Assembly: GCA_001794025.1 (NCBI GenBank)
Contig: MGJA01000003.1
Coordinates: forward strand, 12,909-76,908
Direction: 5' to 3'
Source: Candidatus Yanofskybacteria bacterium RIFCSPHIGHO2_01_FULL_41_21
GTDB taxonomy: Bacteria; Patescibacteriota; Minisyncoccia; 2-02-FULL-40-12; GWA2-44-9
Length of the DNA stretch: 64,000 nucleotides
The notes beneath the pieces were generated by a model. The model worked only from the letters and a program-made list of their open reading frames with translations. It was not told the origin of the DNA and did not search any database. This document shows, piece by piece, positions 36,401 to 45,495 of this stretch. Every line of letters starts with the position of its first letter. The stretch's first letter is position 1. A program made the position numbers and the translations under genes.

Positions 36401-37069
36401 ATGAAAGAAAAAAGGTCTGCAAAAAATTCTACTGATGCCCTAATTATTCTTTGGGAAGAAGGATTCTTTAAGAAATATCAGAACTTTAAAAGTGTCTGTG
36501 AAAATCTATCGAGCCGAGGTAATAATTTTCCCTACTCAAGTTTAGCTATAGCTCTTAGGCAAGCTAAATTTTTAACGCGGAGAGGTAAACGGGGATTTTT
36601 TGAGTATATTCAAAAACACAAAGCTGATTCGGAAGTAATAAAAGCCATTGCTCCAGGTTTATTCTCTGATGAGTTATTAAAATCGCTTCAAAAAGATTTC
36701 AAGATAGAGCTAGAAGATCTCAAATACAATTATGGTAAGAGTGGCAACTGCACAGCATTTTTATTACGGAAGATTTTAGAAAAATTAATTTATATTACTT
36801 TTGCAAAGCACAATCTCATTTCAAAACTAGAAGATAAATCTCAAACTGGTCGGTTTGTTGGACTTGAAGCGATGATTAGATTAGCTTCTTCAGAAAAAAT
36901 AGAGGGAGTTCCTTTTCTCATATCAAAAACTGCAAATGAAATTCAGAGCATTAAATTTTTAGGGGACACATCTGCCCACAATCATTTGGTGGAGGTCGAT
37001 ATGAAAACTATAGTCCCACAAATGCCCTACATAATTACTGCGTATAAGGAATTAGTTAAAAAATTATAA
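36401..37069 (+). CDS. Hypothetical protein C (~222 aa)
   Basis: ATG 12 nt after the gene B stop (TTG at 36389 also in frame). No motif recognised. Confidence 0.5.
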   Translation: MKEKRSAKNSTDALIILWEEGFFKKYQNFKSVCENLSSRGNNFPYSSLAIALRQAKFLTRRGKRGFFEYIQKHKADSEVIKAIAPGLFSDELLKSLQKDFKIELEDLKYNYGKSGNCTAFLLRKILEKLIYITFAKHNLISKLEDKSQTGRFVGLEAMIRLASSEKIEGVPFLISKTANEIQSIKFLGDTSAHNHLVEVDMKTIVPQMPYIITAYKELVKKL

Positions 37070-37298
37070 TATGAACAAACCACAAAAATTGTTTGTAGAA
37101 CGCTTATTTAGATGGTAGGTATGGTGTGAAAAAATCACATACTACGAAACCACTCGTGACGACTGGTACTCAGGCAAATGCGATTAAGAAAGCAGAGAAT
37201 GTGGATCCTAATGAGTTGTTAGTTGAGTGTGTTAGAGATACAAAAGTTGGAGGGCGAGATGGGTGGTGTAAACCCTAATAAACTGCTAATATTTCATT

Positions 37299-38483
37299 AT
37301 GGAAAAAGAAAAAATACTCCGACAGTTCCAAGACTTCTTGGTTAGCTATAATGCCGTCCAAAAAGACGAGATCTGGCAAAAGCAGTCCAATATCTTTAGG
37401 ACTTTTTGGAACCAAAGAGTCCTAAATGATCAGGTCAAAGAACTTGATGATTTTGAAATCGATAACGTAATTCGACTGATCGACTATAATTCTAAGGGCA
37501 AAAAAGCTGGCGATGAGGCGGTTGCCAAGGTTATGATCCCGCAAGGTGTTTGGCGAAAAATGTTCAATCAGTTTAAAACGGATAAGAAACTCGCCCAACT
37601 TGTCGATCAAATAATGGGAACATTTGAGCAAGATAAACGCATAAAGCTAATTGACGAACTTTATAAATATAACGAACCGTACCGCAACAGTTTAACTGGC
37701 CAAAGTGGTAATGCTGTTAATTCTTTTATATTTTTATGGGCACCATTAAAAAACATCAGTATCATTTCTTTAAAAGATAGGCAGAAATTAATTCAATTCC
37801 TAGATGTCCAGAATGGACCAAACTTCGAGAATGATTCTACTGCCAAGAAGATTGTTGAATCTAACGATTCTCTGGCCTCAAGCTTTGCTAAAATATTTGG
37901 CAGTCAATATTCTCCTAGAACAATATGCTCCTTCTTTTACAGCCCTCTGATTAAGAATGAATGGCGGTCTGAGGATATTGGAGAAGAAACTGTCCCTTGG
38001 GGTGGTTGGAAAAAATCACCAGAAGAAGATTTTGCACCAATTATAGCCGAATCATCTATGCTGGGCGACCCAGCCCTTTTCTATATGGAAAGTCAGCTCG
38101 AAGATTTTCTGATAGAAAATTGGGACAAAACAGAACTTGGTCAGAAGTACGATTTAATTGAAGAAGAAGGCGAAGTAGTTAGCCAACAATATAGAACAGG
38201 AGTGGGTCTAATAGATATTCTCGCCCGAGACAAGAAAACCAAACAACTTGTTGTTATTGAATTAAAAAAGAATCAAACAAGTGATGATACTGTGGGTCAA
38301 CTCGCTAGATATATGGGATGGCTCGAAGAAAATAAAACTAATGGTAAGCTAACCAAGGGTATTATCATAGCCGCCCAATATGATCAAAGATTGTACTATG
38401 CTCTAAAGAAAATGCAGGACGCAGAGGTTTATTTATATCGAGTGGATTTTAAACTTACAGAGTTCAAAGATGGCTCAAAATAA
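37299..38483 (+). CDS. NucS/Shedu(DUF4263)-like protein with C-terminal PD-(D/E)XK nuclease domain
   Basis: C-terminus GVGLIDILARDKKTKQLVVIELKKNQTSDDTVGQLARYMGWL matches the NucS-like/DUF4263 catalytic core. The N-terminal ~300 aa are unassigned. Confidence 0.55.
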   Translation: MEKEKILRQFQDFLVSYNAVQKDEIWQKQSNIFRTFWNQRVLNDQVKELDDFEIDNVIRLIDYNSKGKKAGDEAVAKVMIPQGVWRKMFNQFKTDKKLAQLVDQIMGTFEQDKRIKLIDELYKYNEPYRNSLTGQSGNAVNSFIFLWAPLKNISIISLKDRQKLIQFLDVQNGPNFENDSTAKKIVESNDSLASSFAKIFGSQYSPRTICSFFYSPLIKNEWRSEDIGEETVPWGGWKKSPEEDFAPIIAESSMLGDPALFYMESQLEDFLIENWDKTELGQKYDLIEEEGEVVSQQYRTGVGLIDILARDKKTKQLVVIELKKNQTSDDTVGQLARYMGWLEENKTNGKLTKGIIIAAQYDQRLYYALKKMQDAEVYLYRVDFKLTEFKDGSK

Positions 38484-38600
38484 GCGGATTAGCTAAAAAA
38501 GTGACACTCTCAAGTAGTGTCCATTTTATCCCTTTTTAGCCTGCCTGAGACGCTTCGTTTGTGATAAGATTTGGATAATTAACCTTTCAATAAAAACTCA

Positions 38601-38963
38601 ATGAAAAAGATTTACTACAATAAACTTATACGCGATAAGATACCCGAAAAGATTAAACGGAACGGCGGGGACTACAAGATAAATAAGCTTAATCAGAAGC
38701 TTTTTGAGGTAGAACTCTTAAAAAAAGTCGGAGAAGAGGCGAGTGGGCTTTTATCTTCTAAGACAAAAGAAGAAGTTACCTCTGAACTTGCCGATATTAT
38801 TGCTGTGATAGAGGAGATAAAAAAATTAAAACATATTACATCAAAACAAATTTCAGAAGCATTGAAAATAAATTTTGATAAAAAGGGAGGATTCAATAAG
38901 AAACTATTTTTAGTATGGTCTTCCGATACCGGATATAAGACCAATGAAAAGAGGAACAAATAG
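38601..38963 (+). CDS. MazG-like / PRA-PH-like nucleoside triphosphate pyrophosphohydrolase
   Basis: YNKLIRDKIPEKI...EEASGLL...ELADIIAVIEEI pattern typical of small all-alpha NTP-PPase proteins. Confidence 0.5.
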   Translation: MKKIYYNKLIRDKIPEKIKRNGGDYKINKLNQKLFEVELLKKVGEEASGLLSSKTKEEVTSELADIIAVIEEIKKLKHITSKQISEALKINFDKKGGFNKKLFLVWSSDTGYKTNEKRNK

Positions 38964-39066
38964 TTTAGAGATTTTAACCGAATCAAGGAGAGAGAAAAAG
39001 GGGTCAGGTCCCTTTTCTTCTGCTCGAGGCCCATCGTTATGATAAGATAAATAATAAGTTAATTTT

Positions 39067-39462
39067 ATGAGTGAACAAATATCAACGCCGGAAAAAGTAT
39101 CTAGAGAGCAAGCTCTCGCTATGTATAGAAAATTTGTAGAGCGTGGAATTACCAGTCCCGATGCTTTAGATTTGAATGATCCCGAAGTTATTGAAGCGAA
39201 TAAACTATTTGAAAAATGGGACGCGCAAGAGAGTGTAAAAGGAGATTTTGAAAGGCATAATTTTGAAAAGACCAAGTTTTATGTTGATGCTGGATTTACC
39301 GACTCTAATTATCTTGGGGATGTTCTAGGATGGCTCTTTCAAGATGCGGGAGATATAGAAAAGCAACCAGATAATCCCACTCGAGTTCAATTGCGAAGCG
39401 ACTACGCAAAAGAGATAAAAAAGATCAGGGACTTATTGGGCTTGGCCACCGGTGGGAATTGA
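39067..39462 (+). CDS. Hypothetical protein (131 aa)
   Basis: ORF preceded by intergenic modules M1/M2. No motif recognised. Confidence 0.45.
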   Translation: MSEQISTPEKVSREQALAMYRKFVERGITSPDALDLNDPEVIEANKLFEKWDAQESVKGDFERHNFEKTKFYVDAGFTDSNYLGDVLGWLFQDAGDIEKQPDNPTRVQLRSDYAKEIKKIRDLLGLATGGN

Positions 39463-39492
39463 GCCGACAGTCGGCTCAATTCCCACCATTTG
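39455..39492. repeat. 38-bp perfect palindrome GGTGGGAATTGAGCCGACAGTCGGCTCAATTCCCACC (copy 1); identical copy at 42567-42603
   Basis: Exact duplicate 3.1 kb away. Followed in both cases by TTTGAGCCGAT... and CCGAGACACGTTGCTA modules. Confidence 0.8.
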
Positions 39493-39577
39493 AGCCGATG
39501 CTGTTATTGATCAAGGTGGTGTTCAGCTAAGGTTAGACGGGTTATTCCGCCTGAGACACGTTGCTAGTTTAAAATTT

Positions 39578-40798
39578 ATGAAAAATATTCCATTTACAGA
39601 AAAACAAATTAGAGATTTTGTAAAAGATCATCCAACGCCATTTTATGTTTATGATGAAGATGGAATTCGCCATTCTGCCCGGAAACTTATCGATAGTTTT
39701 TCGTGGAATTCTAGTTTTAAAGAATTTTTTGCGGTTAAGGCAACTCCAAATCCAAGTATCTTAACTATTCTAAAAGAAGAAGGTTGTGGCGCTGATTGTA
39801 GCTCGTTTCCAGAATTGCTTCTTGCTGAACGTGTAGGAATACGAGGAGAAGATATTATGTTTACCTCAAATGATACGCCAGCTGAAGAATTCAGAAAAGC
39901 TAGTGAACTTGGTGCGATCATTAATCTAGATGATCTTTCCCATCTTGATTATTTGGAAAAAGAAGTTGGCTTACCAGAATTAATCAGTTTTCGCTATAAT
40001 CCCGGATCTTTAACGGGTAATGTTATTATCGGGACACCAAAAGAGGCAAAATTTGGGATTACAAAGGAACAATTACTTGAAGCATACCGGATCGCAAAAG
40101 AAAAAGGAGTGAAACGTTTTGGTCTCCATACGATGATTGCTTCCAATGAGCTTAATCCACAACATTTTATAAATACAGCGGAGATGATTTTCGATATTGC
40201 CTTAGAACTGAAAGAAAAAATTGGAATCAAAGTGGAGTTTATTAACCTGGGTGGTGGGTTTGGAATTCCTTACAAACCTGAGCAAGAAGAGCTTGATCTT
40301 TCCGTTGTGTCGGAGGGAGTCCAGAAACTCTATGAAAAAATGGATATGGCACCAATAAGGTTATTTTTTGAGAGTGGTCGATACATTACTGGTCCGCATG
40401 GTTATCTTATTTCCCGTGTACGCCATATAAAGAACACCTACAAAAAATACATTGGCCTTGATGCTTCAATGGCAGATCTTATGAGACCTGGAATGTACGG
40501 TGCATATCATCACATCACCGTTCTCGGTAAAGAAAAAATGCCATACGATGTAACCTGTGATGTGACAGGTTCATTGTGTGAAAATAATGACAAGTTTGCT
40601 GTCGACCGCAAGTTACCTGAAATAAACACTGGAGACATAGTCATCATTTATGATGTCGGGGCCCATGGCCACTCGATGGGGTTTAATTATAACGGTAAAC
40701 TTAGATCTTCAGAATTTCTACTCGGATCAAATGGTAAAATGAAAATAATACGTAGAGCAGAAACTATAAATGATTATTTTGCAACCTTAAATTTTTAG
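39578..40798 (+). CDS. Fold-type III PLP-dependent decarboxylase (DAP / ornithine / carboxynorspermidine decarboxylase family)
   Basis: TPFYVYDE ... FFAVKATPNPSILTIL ... GGGFGIPY motifs of the Orn/DAP/Arg decarboxylase family. Confidence 0.65.
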   Translation: MKNIPFTEKQIRDFVKDHPTPFYVYDEDGIRHSARKLIDSFSWNSSFKEFFAVKATPNPSILTILKEEGCGADCSSFPELLLAERVGIRGEDIMFTSNDTPAEEFRKASELGAIINLDDLSHLDYLEKEVGLPELISFRYNPGSLTGNVIIGTPKEAKFGITKEQLLEAYRIAKEKGVKRFGLHTMIASNELNPQHFINTAEMIFDIALELKEKIGIKVEFINLGGGFGIPYKPEQEELDLSVVSEGVQKLYEKMDMAPIRLFFESGRYITGPHGYLISRVRHIKNTYKKYIGLDASMADLMRPGMYGAYHHITVLGKEKMPYDVTCDVTGSLCENNDKFAVDRKLPEINTGDIVIIYDVGAHGHSMGFNYNGKLRSSEFLLGSNGKMKIIRRAETINDYFATLNF

Positions 40799-40902
40799 CT
40801 CCGTCCGAAACGTGTAGTTTATGATAAGATTTGGATAGCTACTAATTGCCTTGCGGGGCTTGACCGTTTGACGGTTCCAGCTCGAAGTGATTCAGTATAA
40901 TT

Positions 40903-41463
40903 GTGTCATCCATGAATTCTTCTATTTATCAGATTAAAATTACTCTCAAAGACTCAAAACCACTAATTTGGCGAAGATTTTTAGTTTTTTCAGATATTTC
41001 TTTATATAAGTTGCACAAAGCCATCCAAATTATTATGGGATGGGAGGATTATCATCTGCATCATTTTGAAGTAGGAAGAAATTTTTATGGAATTCCAGAC
41101 CCAGATTTTGATGATGGTACTATAAATGGAAAAGGGATCCTATTGAAAGATATTGTTCCGAAAATTCCGTCTCAGTTTTTGTATGAGTATGATTTCGGAG
41201 ATAGTTGGGACCATATTATATTGGTAGAGAAAGTTATGAATTCAGAGTTGAAAATGAAGCATCCAATTTGTATTGACGGTAAAAGAGCTTGCCCTCCAGA
41301 GGATGTTGGAGGTATTTGGGGGTACCAGCATTTTTTAAAGGTTCTTGGAAACCCTAAACACAAAGAATATCGGGATTTAAAAGAGTGGATAGGTGGCAAA
41401 TTTAACCCAGAACACTTTAATAAAGAATTAGTTAATGAAATTTTAAAAAAGATTAAGTATTAG
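40903..41463 (+). CDS. pRiA4b ORF-3-like family protein (PF07929-like)
   Basis: LYEYDFGDSWDHIILVEK and 'IKITLKDSKPLIWRRFLV' motifs. Confidence 0.55.
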   Translation: MSSMNSSIYQIKITLKDSKPLIWRRFLVFSDISLYKLHKAIQIIMGWEDYHLHHFEVGRNFYGIPDPDFDDGTINGKGILLKDIVPKIPSQFLYEYDFGDSWDHIILVEKVMNSELKMKHPICIDGKRACPPEDVGGIWGYQHFLKVLGNPKHKEYRDLKEWIGGKFNPEHFNKELVNEILKKIKY

Positions 41464-41477
41464 TGTTAAAATATAGT

Positions 41478-41521
41478 CATAACCGTGAAAATACAACAAT
41501 TATCAGCGTTTTTCACGGTTA
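41478..41521. promoter_or_regulatory. 15-bp-arm inverted repeat (CATAACCGTGAAAAA ... TTTTTCACGGTTATG) followed by a TTGACA -35-like hexamer upstream of fic
   Basis: Perfect inverted repeat with an ~18-nt spacer. TTGACA at 41524-41529. Confidence 0.4.
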
Positions 41522-41560
41522 TGTTGACAGAGTCGTGAAAAAAGAGTAAGATTACAGTAT

Positions 41561-42448
41561 ATGGTAAAAGTACTCAACGCCTTCAATAAAGTGAGTTTTC
41601 TTCGTGAGAGATACTATAAAGCATCAATAGGTAAGGATGCGCTTATTACGCTTATATCTGAAACTGAAGTTGTCGACCAGGTTTACAACTCTAATGCTAT
41701 TGAGAATAGCACTCTCACTCTTGAAGAAACCGAAAAGATACTTCTTCAAATTGATTTAGATAGATTCATCTCCGAACGAGAAATTTTTGAAGCAAAAAAT
41801 TTGGCGCGAGTTGTATCGTACATAGACAAAAAAGCTAAGGAACAAGAACTTACTCTTGAGGTGATTTTATCACTTCATAAAATGTTGATTTCAAATATTC
41901 GCGACGATGTTGCGGGGAGGTTTAGAAAGGATGATGAACATGTTCGTGTGGGGAATCATATTGCTCCTAATCCAAAAGAAGTAATGAGTCGTCTTGAAAA
42001 AATGCTGACTGAGTACAATGCAACGAGTCATGAAAACATAATTAAACGTATTGCCAGATTACATCTCGCTTTTGAACACACCCATCCATTTGTCGATGGT
42101 AATGGACGTATTGGACGTGTTATTAATAACTATTTACTGATTAGAGAAGGATTTGTGCCAATAAACATAAAATTTATTGATAGAAAAAAATATTATGAAG
42201 CTTTTAAAGAATTTGATGAAAAGGGCGTCGTTACTATTATGGAAGAAATAGTAGGCAGGGCGCTTACCAATAGCTATCATAAAAGATTGGCCTATTTAGA
42301 AGGTAAAAAAATTATCACTCTCATTGATTATGCAAAAAATAACAAACTTTCTCATTCTAATTTGATCAATAAAGCTAATCGACAAACCATCGAAGCTTTT
42401 TTAGAAAAGAATATTTGGAAAATCGGAGTGGATGATGTAATTAAATAA
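41561..42448 (+). CDS. Fic/Doc family protein (adenylyltransferase-like)
   Basis: Canonical Fic motif HPFVDGNGRIGR. Confidence 0.85.
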   Translation: MVKVLNAFNKVSFLRERYYKASIGKDALITLISETEVVDQVYNSNAIENSTLTLEETEKILLQIDLDRFISEREIFEAKNLARVVSYIDKKAKEQELTLEVILSLHKMLISNIRDDVAGRFRKDDEHVRVGNHIAPNPKEVMSRLEKMLTEYNATSHENIIKRIARLHLAFEHTHPFVDGNGRIGRVINNYLLIREGFVPINIKFIDRKKYYEAFKEFDEKGVVTIMEEIVGRALTNSYHKRLAYLEGKKIITLIDYAKNNKLSHSNLINKANRQTIEAFLEKNIWKIGVDDVIK

Positions 42449-42566
42449 TAAATAAAAATAACTTATAAATTCTGCTCGAGGCCTGTCATTTATGATAAGA
42501 TTTGAATAGTTAACCCTTCGATAAAAACTCAGGGTAATAAACACTCTGTAGGGCCTGTCGCTGGTG

Positions 42567-42603
42567 GGAATTGAGCCGACAGTCGGCTCAATTCCCACCA
42601 TTT
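42567..42603. repeat. 38-bp perfect palindrome (copy 2)
   Basis: Identical to 39455-39492. Confidence 0.8.
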
Positions 42604-42646
42604 GAGCCGATACCGTTCTGGTCTGGTCCGAGACACGTTGCTAAAT

Positions 42647-43255
42647 ATGGATTTAAAATCAACATATAATTATATAGCTGAAGATTGGACCAAAGACCAT
42701 GAGAACGATACTTGGTGGATTGCTGGTACAGACAAATTTGCTTCGTATTTAAAGCAAGGCAGGAGTGTCTTAGATGTTGGTTGTGCCAGTGGAATGAAAT
42801 CGGAATATCTTGCTAAGAAAGGTTTTGTTGTAACGGGAGTTGATTTCTCAGGCAAGATGATTGAGTTAGCACAAAAAAGAATGCCCTCCCGATTCTTTTT
42901 TGTGAGAGATATAAACGAACCCTTAAATTTAAAATCAAAATTTGATGGAATATTTGCTCAAGCTGTTTTACTTCATGTTCCAAAAAATAATATCAAAAAA
43001 GTTCTAGGCAATTTGCTTGAACTATTAAAATCGAATGGGTATATTTACATCGCTGTTAAGAAAGTAAACGAGGGACAGATTGAAGAACAAGTTATAAAAG
43101 AAAACGATTATGGCTATGAGTATGAGAGGTTTTTCAGCTTTTATACTTTAGATGAGATGAGAGGATATCTTGAAGAATTTGGATTAAAGATTGTATATAG
43201 CGACGTCATTTCAACTGGTAAAACTGAGTGGATCCAAGTTATTGCTCAAAAATAA
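42647..43255 (+). CDS. Class I SAM-dependent methyltransferase
   Basis: Motif I LDVGCASGMKSEYLAKKG. The ATG follows the CCGAGACACGTTGCTAAAT module, as at 39578. Confidence 0.7.
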   Translation: MDLKSTYNYIAEDWTKDHENDTWWIAGTDKFASYLKQGRSVLDVGCASGMKSEYLAKKGFVVTGVDFSGKMIELAQKRMPSRFFFVRDINEPLNLKSKFDGIFAQAVLLHVPKNNIKKVLGNLLELLKSNGYIYIAVKKVNEGQIEEQVIKENDYGYEYERFFSFYTLDEMRGYLEEFGLKIVYSDVISTGKTEWIQVIAQK

Positions 43256-43316
43256 CTCTACTTGAGCCGACACTGTTCTTGTTCGAGGTGGTCAACAAAA
43301 AACTTTAAATAATTTT

Positions 43317-43604
43317 ATGAAGTCGTTAATAAAAAAACCCAGCGCTTGGATTCCAATAATAATTCCACTTATCTTTTTTGCGTATCTGGTTATTTATATT
43401 TCTATCTTTGGTATTGTCCGAGAGGAGGATGAAGGGACGGGCGCGCATCTTTTTCAGTTATGGTTGGCCCTGGAACCGCTGATGGTCGGATTTTTCGCCA
43501 TCAAATGGCTACCGCGTGCACCAAAACAGGCAATATTCATTCTGGCGCTCCAAATTGTTGCCGCCCTCTTGCCGATATCCGTTGTCTTCTATTTTAGATT
43601 ATAA
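43317..43604 (+). CDS. Hypothetical membrane protein (95 aa)
   Basis: 3 TM helices. Confidence 0.45.
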   Translation: MKSLIKKPSAWIPIIIPLIFFAYLVIYISIFGIVREEDEGTGAHLFQLWLALEPLMVGFFAIKWLPRAPKQAIFILALQIVAALLPISVVFYFRL

Positions 43605-43607
43605 TTT

Positions 43608-44246
43608 ATGGAAAACATTAAGGAGCAAAAAGAACGTCAAGAGCGAATTCGGGAATTAACCCAGGTTTTGATTGATTTTCTTAGTGAAAGCATTGTGGAC
43701 GAAGAATTGCCTGTTGTGGATGCTATTTTTGTTTTTGGACATTATGATTCTCGGCCAGCGATACAGGCAGCAAAACTTTGGAAGATGGGGAAAGCACCAA
43801 AAGTTATCATATCAGGTAAAGGACGCGATAAAATTCCAAGCGGGTTTGAGACCGAGGCAGATTTCTACGCATCCTTGATTCAAAAAGAAGGCGTTCCAAT
43901 GTCGGCTCTCATTTTAGAAAAACAATCTACAAACACACTTGAGAATGTGCGCTTTGGCGTTAGTGAAGCTAGTGATTTGCATCCTACATCTTTTATTCTC
44001 TGTGCTTTACCACCCCTCCTTCGACGTTCAATTGCAACATTTAAAAAACAGTTTCCCCATGTTTCGGTTTGTGGTAGTGCATTTGAGATGTCCACTGATG
44101 AGTTTCTCGCGCCTGTTCGTCTCCAGCGTATTATCAGTGAATTTGAACGTCTGCATGATTACGCCCAAAAAGGTGATATCGTATCTGTAGAAATTACCGA
44201 TTCAGTACAGAATGCTCTGGAAGAATTAAAAAAACTGCTTTCCTAA
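43608..44246 (+). CDS. DUF218/YdcF-ElyC family protein
   Basis: DAIFVFGHYDSRPAIQAAKLWKMGKAPKVIISGKG matches the DUF218 core. Confidence 0.55.
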   Translation: MENIKEQKERQERIRELTQVLIDFLSESIVDEELPVVDAIFVFGHYDSRPAIQAAKLWKMGKAPKVIISGKGRDKIPSGFETEADFYASLIQKEGVPMSALILEKQSTNTLENVRFGVSEASDLHPTSFILCALPPLLRRSIATFKKQFPHVSVCGSAFEMSTDEFLAPVRLQRIISEFERLHDYAQKGDIVSVEITDSVQNALEELKKLLS

Positions 44247-44378
44247 TTATTTAAACCAAGGTGCTTCAGTTAACTGCTGGCTAAAGCTCTCAAAAACCCT
44301 TAGAATACCCCTAATGGTCTCGTACTAGACATACGAGTCCAGCCAAATAGTGATACCAAATACGGTAAGATTAACAAT

Positions 44379-45419
44379 ATGTTTTTAACGTCAAATTCAC
44401 AATATAAAGTATATTTGTTACTTGCTTCAAGTATAGTTTTTATTATCGGTATATTTGTATATTACAACTTCATTGATAAAAATGATGGAGGTGAGGATAT
44501 TAACAAAGAAGATGGTATTGTTTTTAACGAGGGTGGTCCGGAATTTGATTTAGTATCATTGCCGGCATTGATGGAAAAAGAATTTAATGGGAGAGATTTA
44601 AAGCTTGGTCAGATTCAAGATGGTAATTCTGATTATACTAGGTATCATATTACTTACAAAAGCGGGGACTTAACTATATCCGGGATAATGAATATTCCTA
44701 AAGGAATTCCGCCTGAAGATGGTTGGCCGGTTTTATTCTTAAATCATGGCCATATTGATACTTCTGTCTACACCAATGGCCGTGGCTTGCGTCGCGAACA
44801 GGATTATCTGGCTCGGCAGGGTTTTGCGGTTCTTCATTCGGACTACCGCAATCATACTCAATCGGACAAGGACCCAAACACTGAAACAGATGTTCGTTTG
44901 GGGTATGTAGAAGATGTAATTAATGCCGTGATGGCAGTTAAAAATTCAGATATCTCATCATTAAGCAAAGAAAGGTTTGGTATGCTCGGCCATTCTATGG
45001 GCGGGGGTATTTCTCAAGCAGTGATGGTTGTTAGGCCTGATCTAGTTGATGCAATTGTTCTTTATGCTCCTGTTTCAAGTGATGTTGTTGATAGTTATAA
45101 TCGATGGACTTTGCGTAATTCTTCCAATGCCGAAAAAATAAGATCAGCTCATGGTTCACCGGAAGAAAATCCTGAATTTTGGAAGAATATGTCTCCAAGA
45201 ACTTTTTTTGACCGAGTTAAGACACCGATTATAATATTTCACGGTACTGCCGATGAAAGTTGTGATATTGAATGGTCGCGTGAAACAAGAGAACTGCTTC
45301 TCGCTGCCGGAAAACGGGTTGAGCTAGTAGAGTATCCGGGACAGTATCATGAATTTGGTGCTACCTTTGATGATTTTATGAAGCGGTCTTCTGATTTTTT
45401 CAAAAACAATTTAAAATAA
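44379..45419 (+). CDS. Alpha/beta hydrolase (dienelactone hydrolase / S9 peptidase-like) with N-terminal TM anchor
   Basis: Nucleophile elbow GHSMGGG; candidate His in YHEF. Confidence 0.6.
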   Translation: MFLTSNSQYKVYLLLASSIVFIIGIFVYYNFIDKNDGGEDINKEDGIVFNEGGPEFDLVSLPALMEKEFNGRDLKLGQIQDGNSDYTRYHITYKSGDLTISGIMNIPKGIPPEDGWPVLFLNHGHIDTSVYTNGRGLRREQDYLARQGFAVLHSDYRNHTQSDKDPNTETDVRLGYVEDVINAVMAVKNSDISSLSKERFGMLGHSMGGGISQAVMVVRPDLVDAIVLYAPVSSDVVDSYNRWTLRNSSNAEKIRSAHGSPEENPEFWKNMSPRTFFDRVKTPIIIFHGTADESCDIEWSRETRELLLAAGKRVELVEYPGQYHEFGATFDDFMKRSSDFFKNNLK

Positions 45420-45495
45420 ATCCATTGCTAGTATTCAGGAAAGGTTTGTGTAAGCTTTTTGTTTATTATTCCATAAAATGAGGTAATATAGGGAT

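Noticed and set aside
33063-44378. Calling the accessory array a bona fide integron
   Set aside because: No IntI-like integrase, attI or Pc promoter is visible in the window. The repeats do not obviously match the attC R''/L''/L'/R' core pattern. It is kept as 'cassette-like' only.
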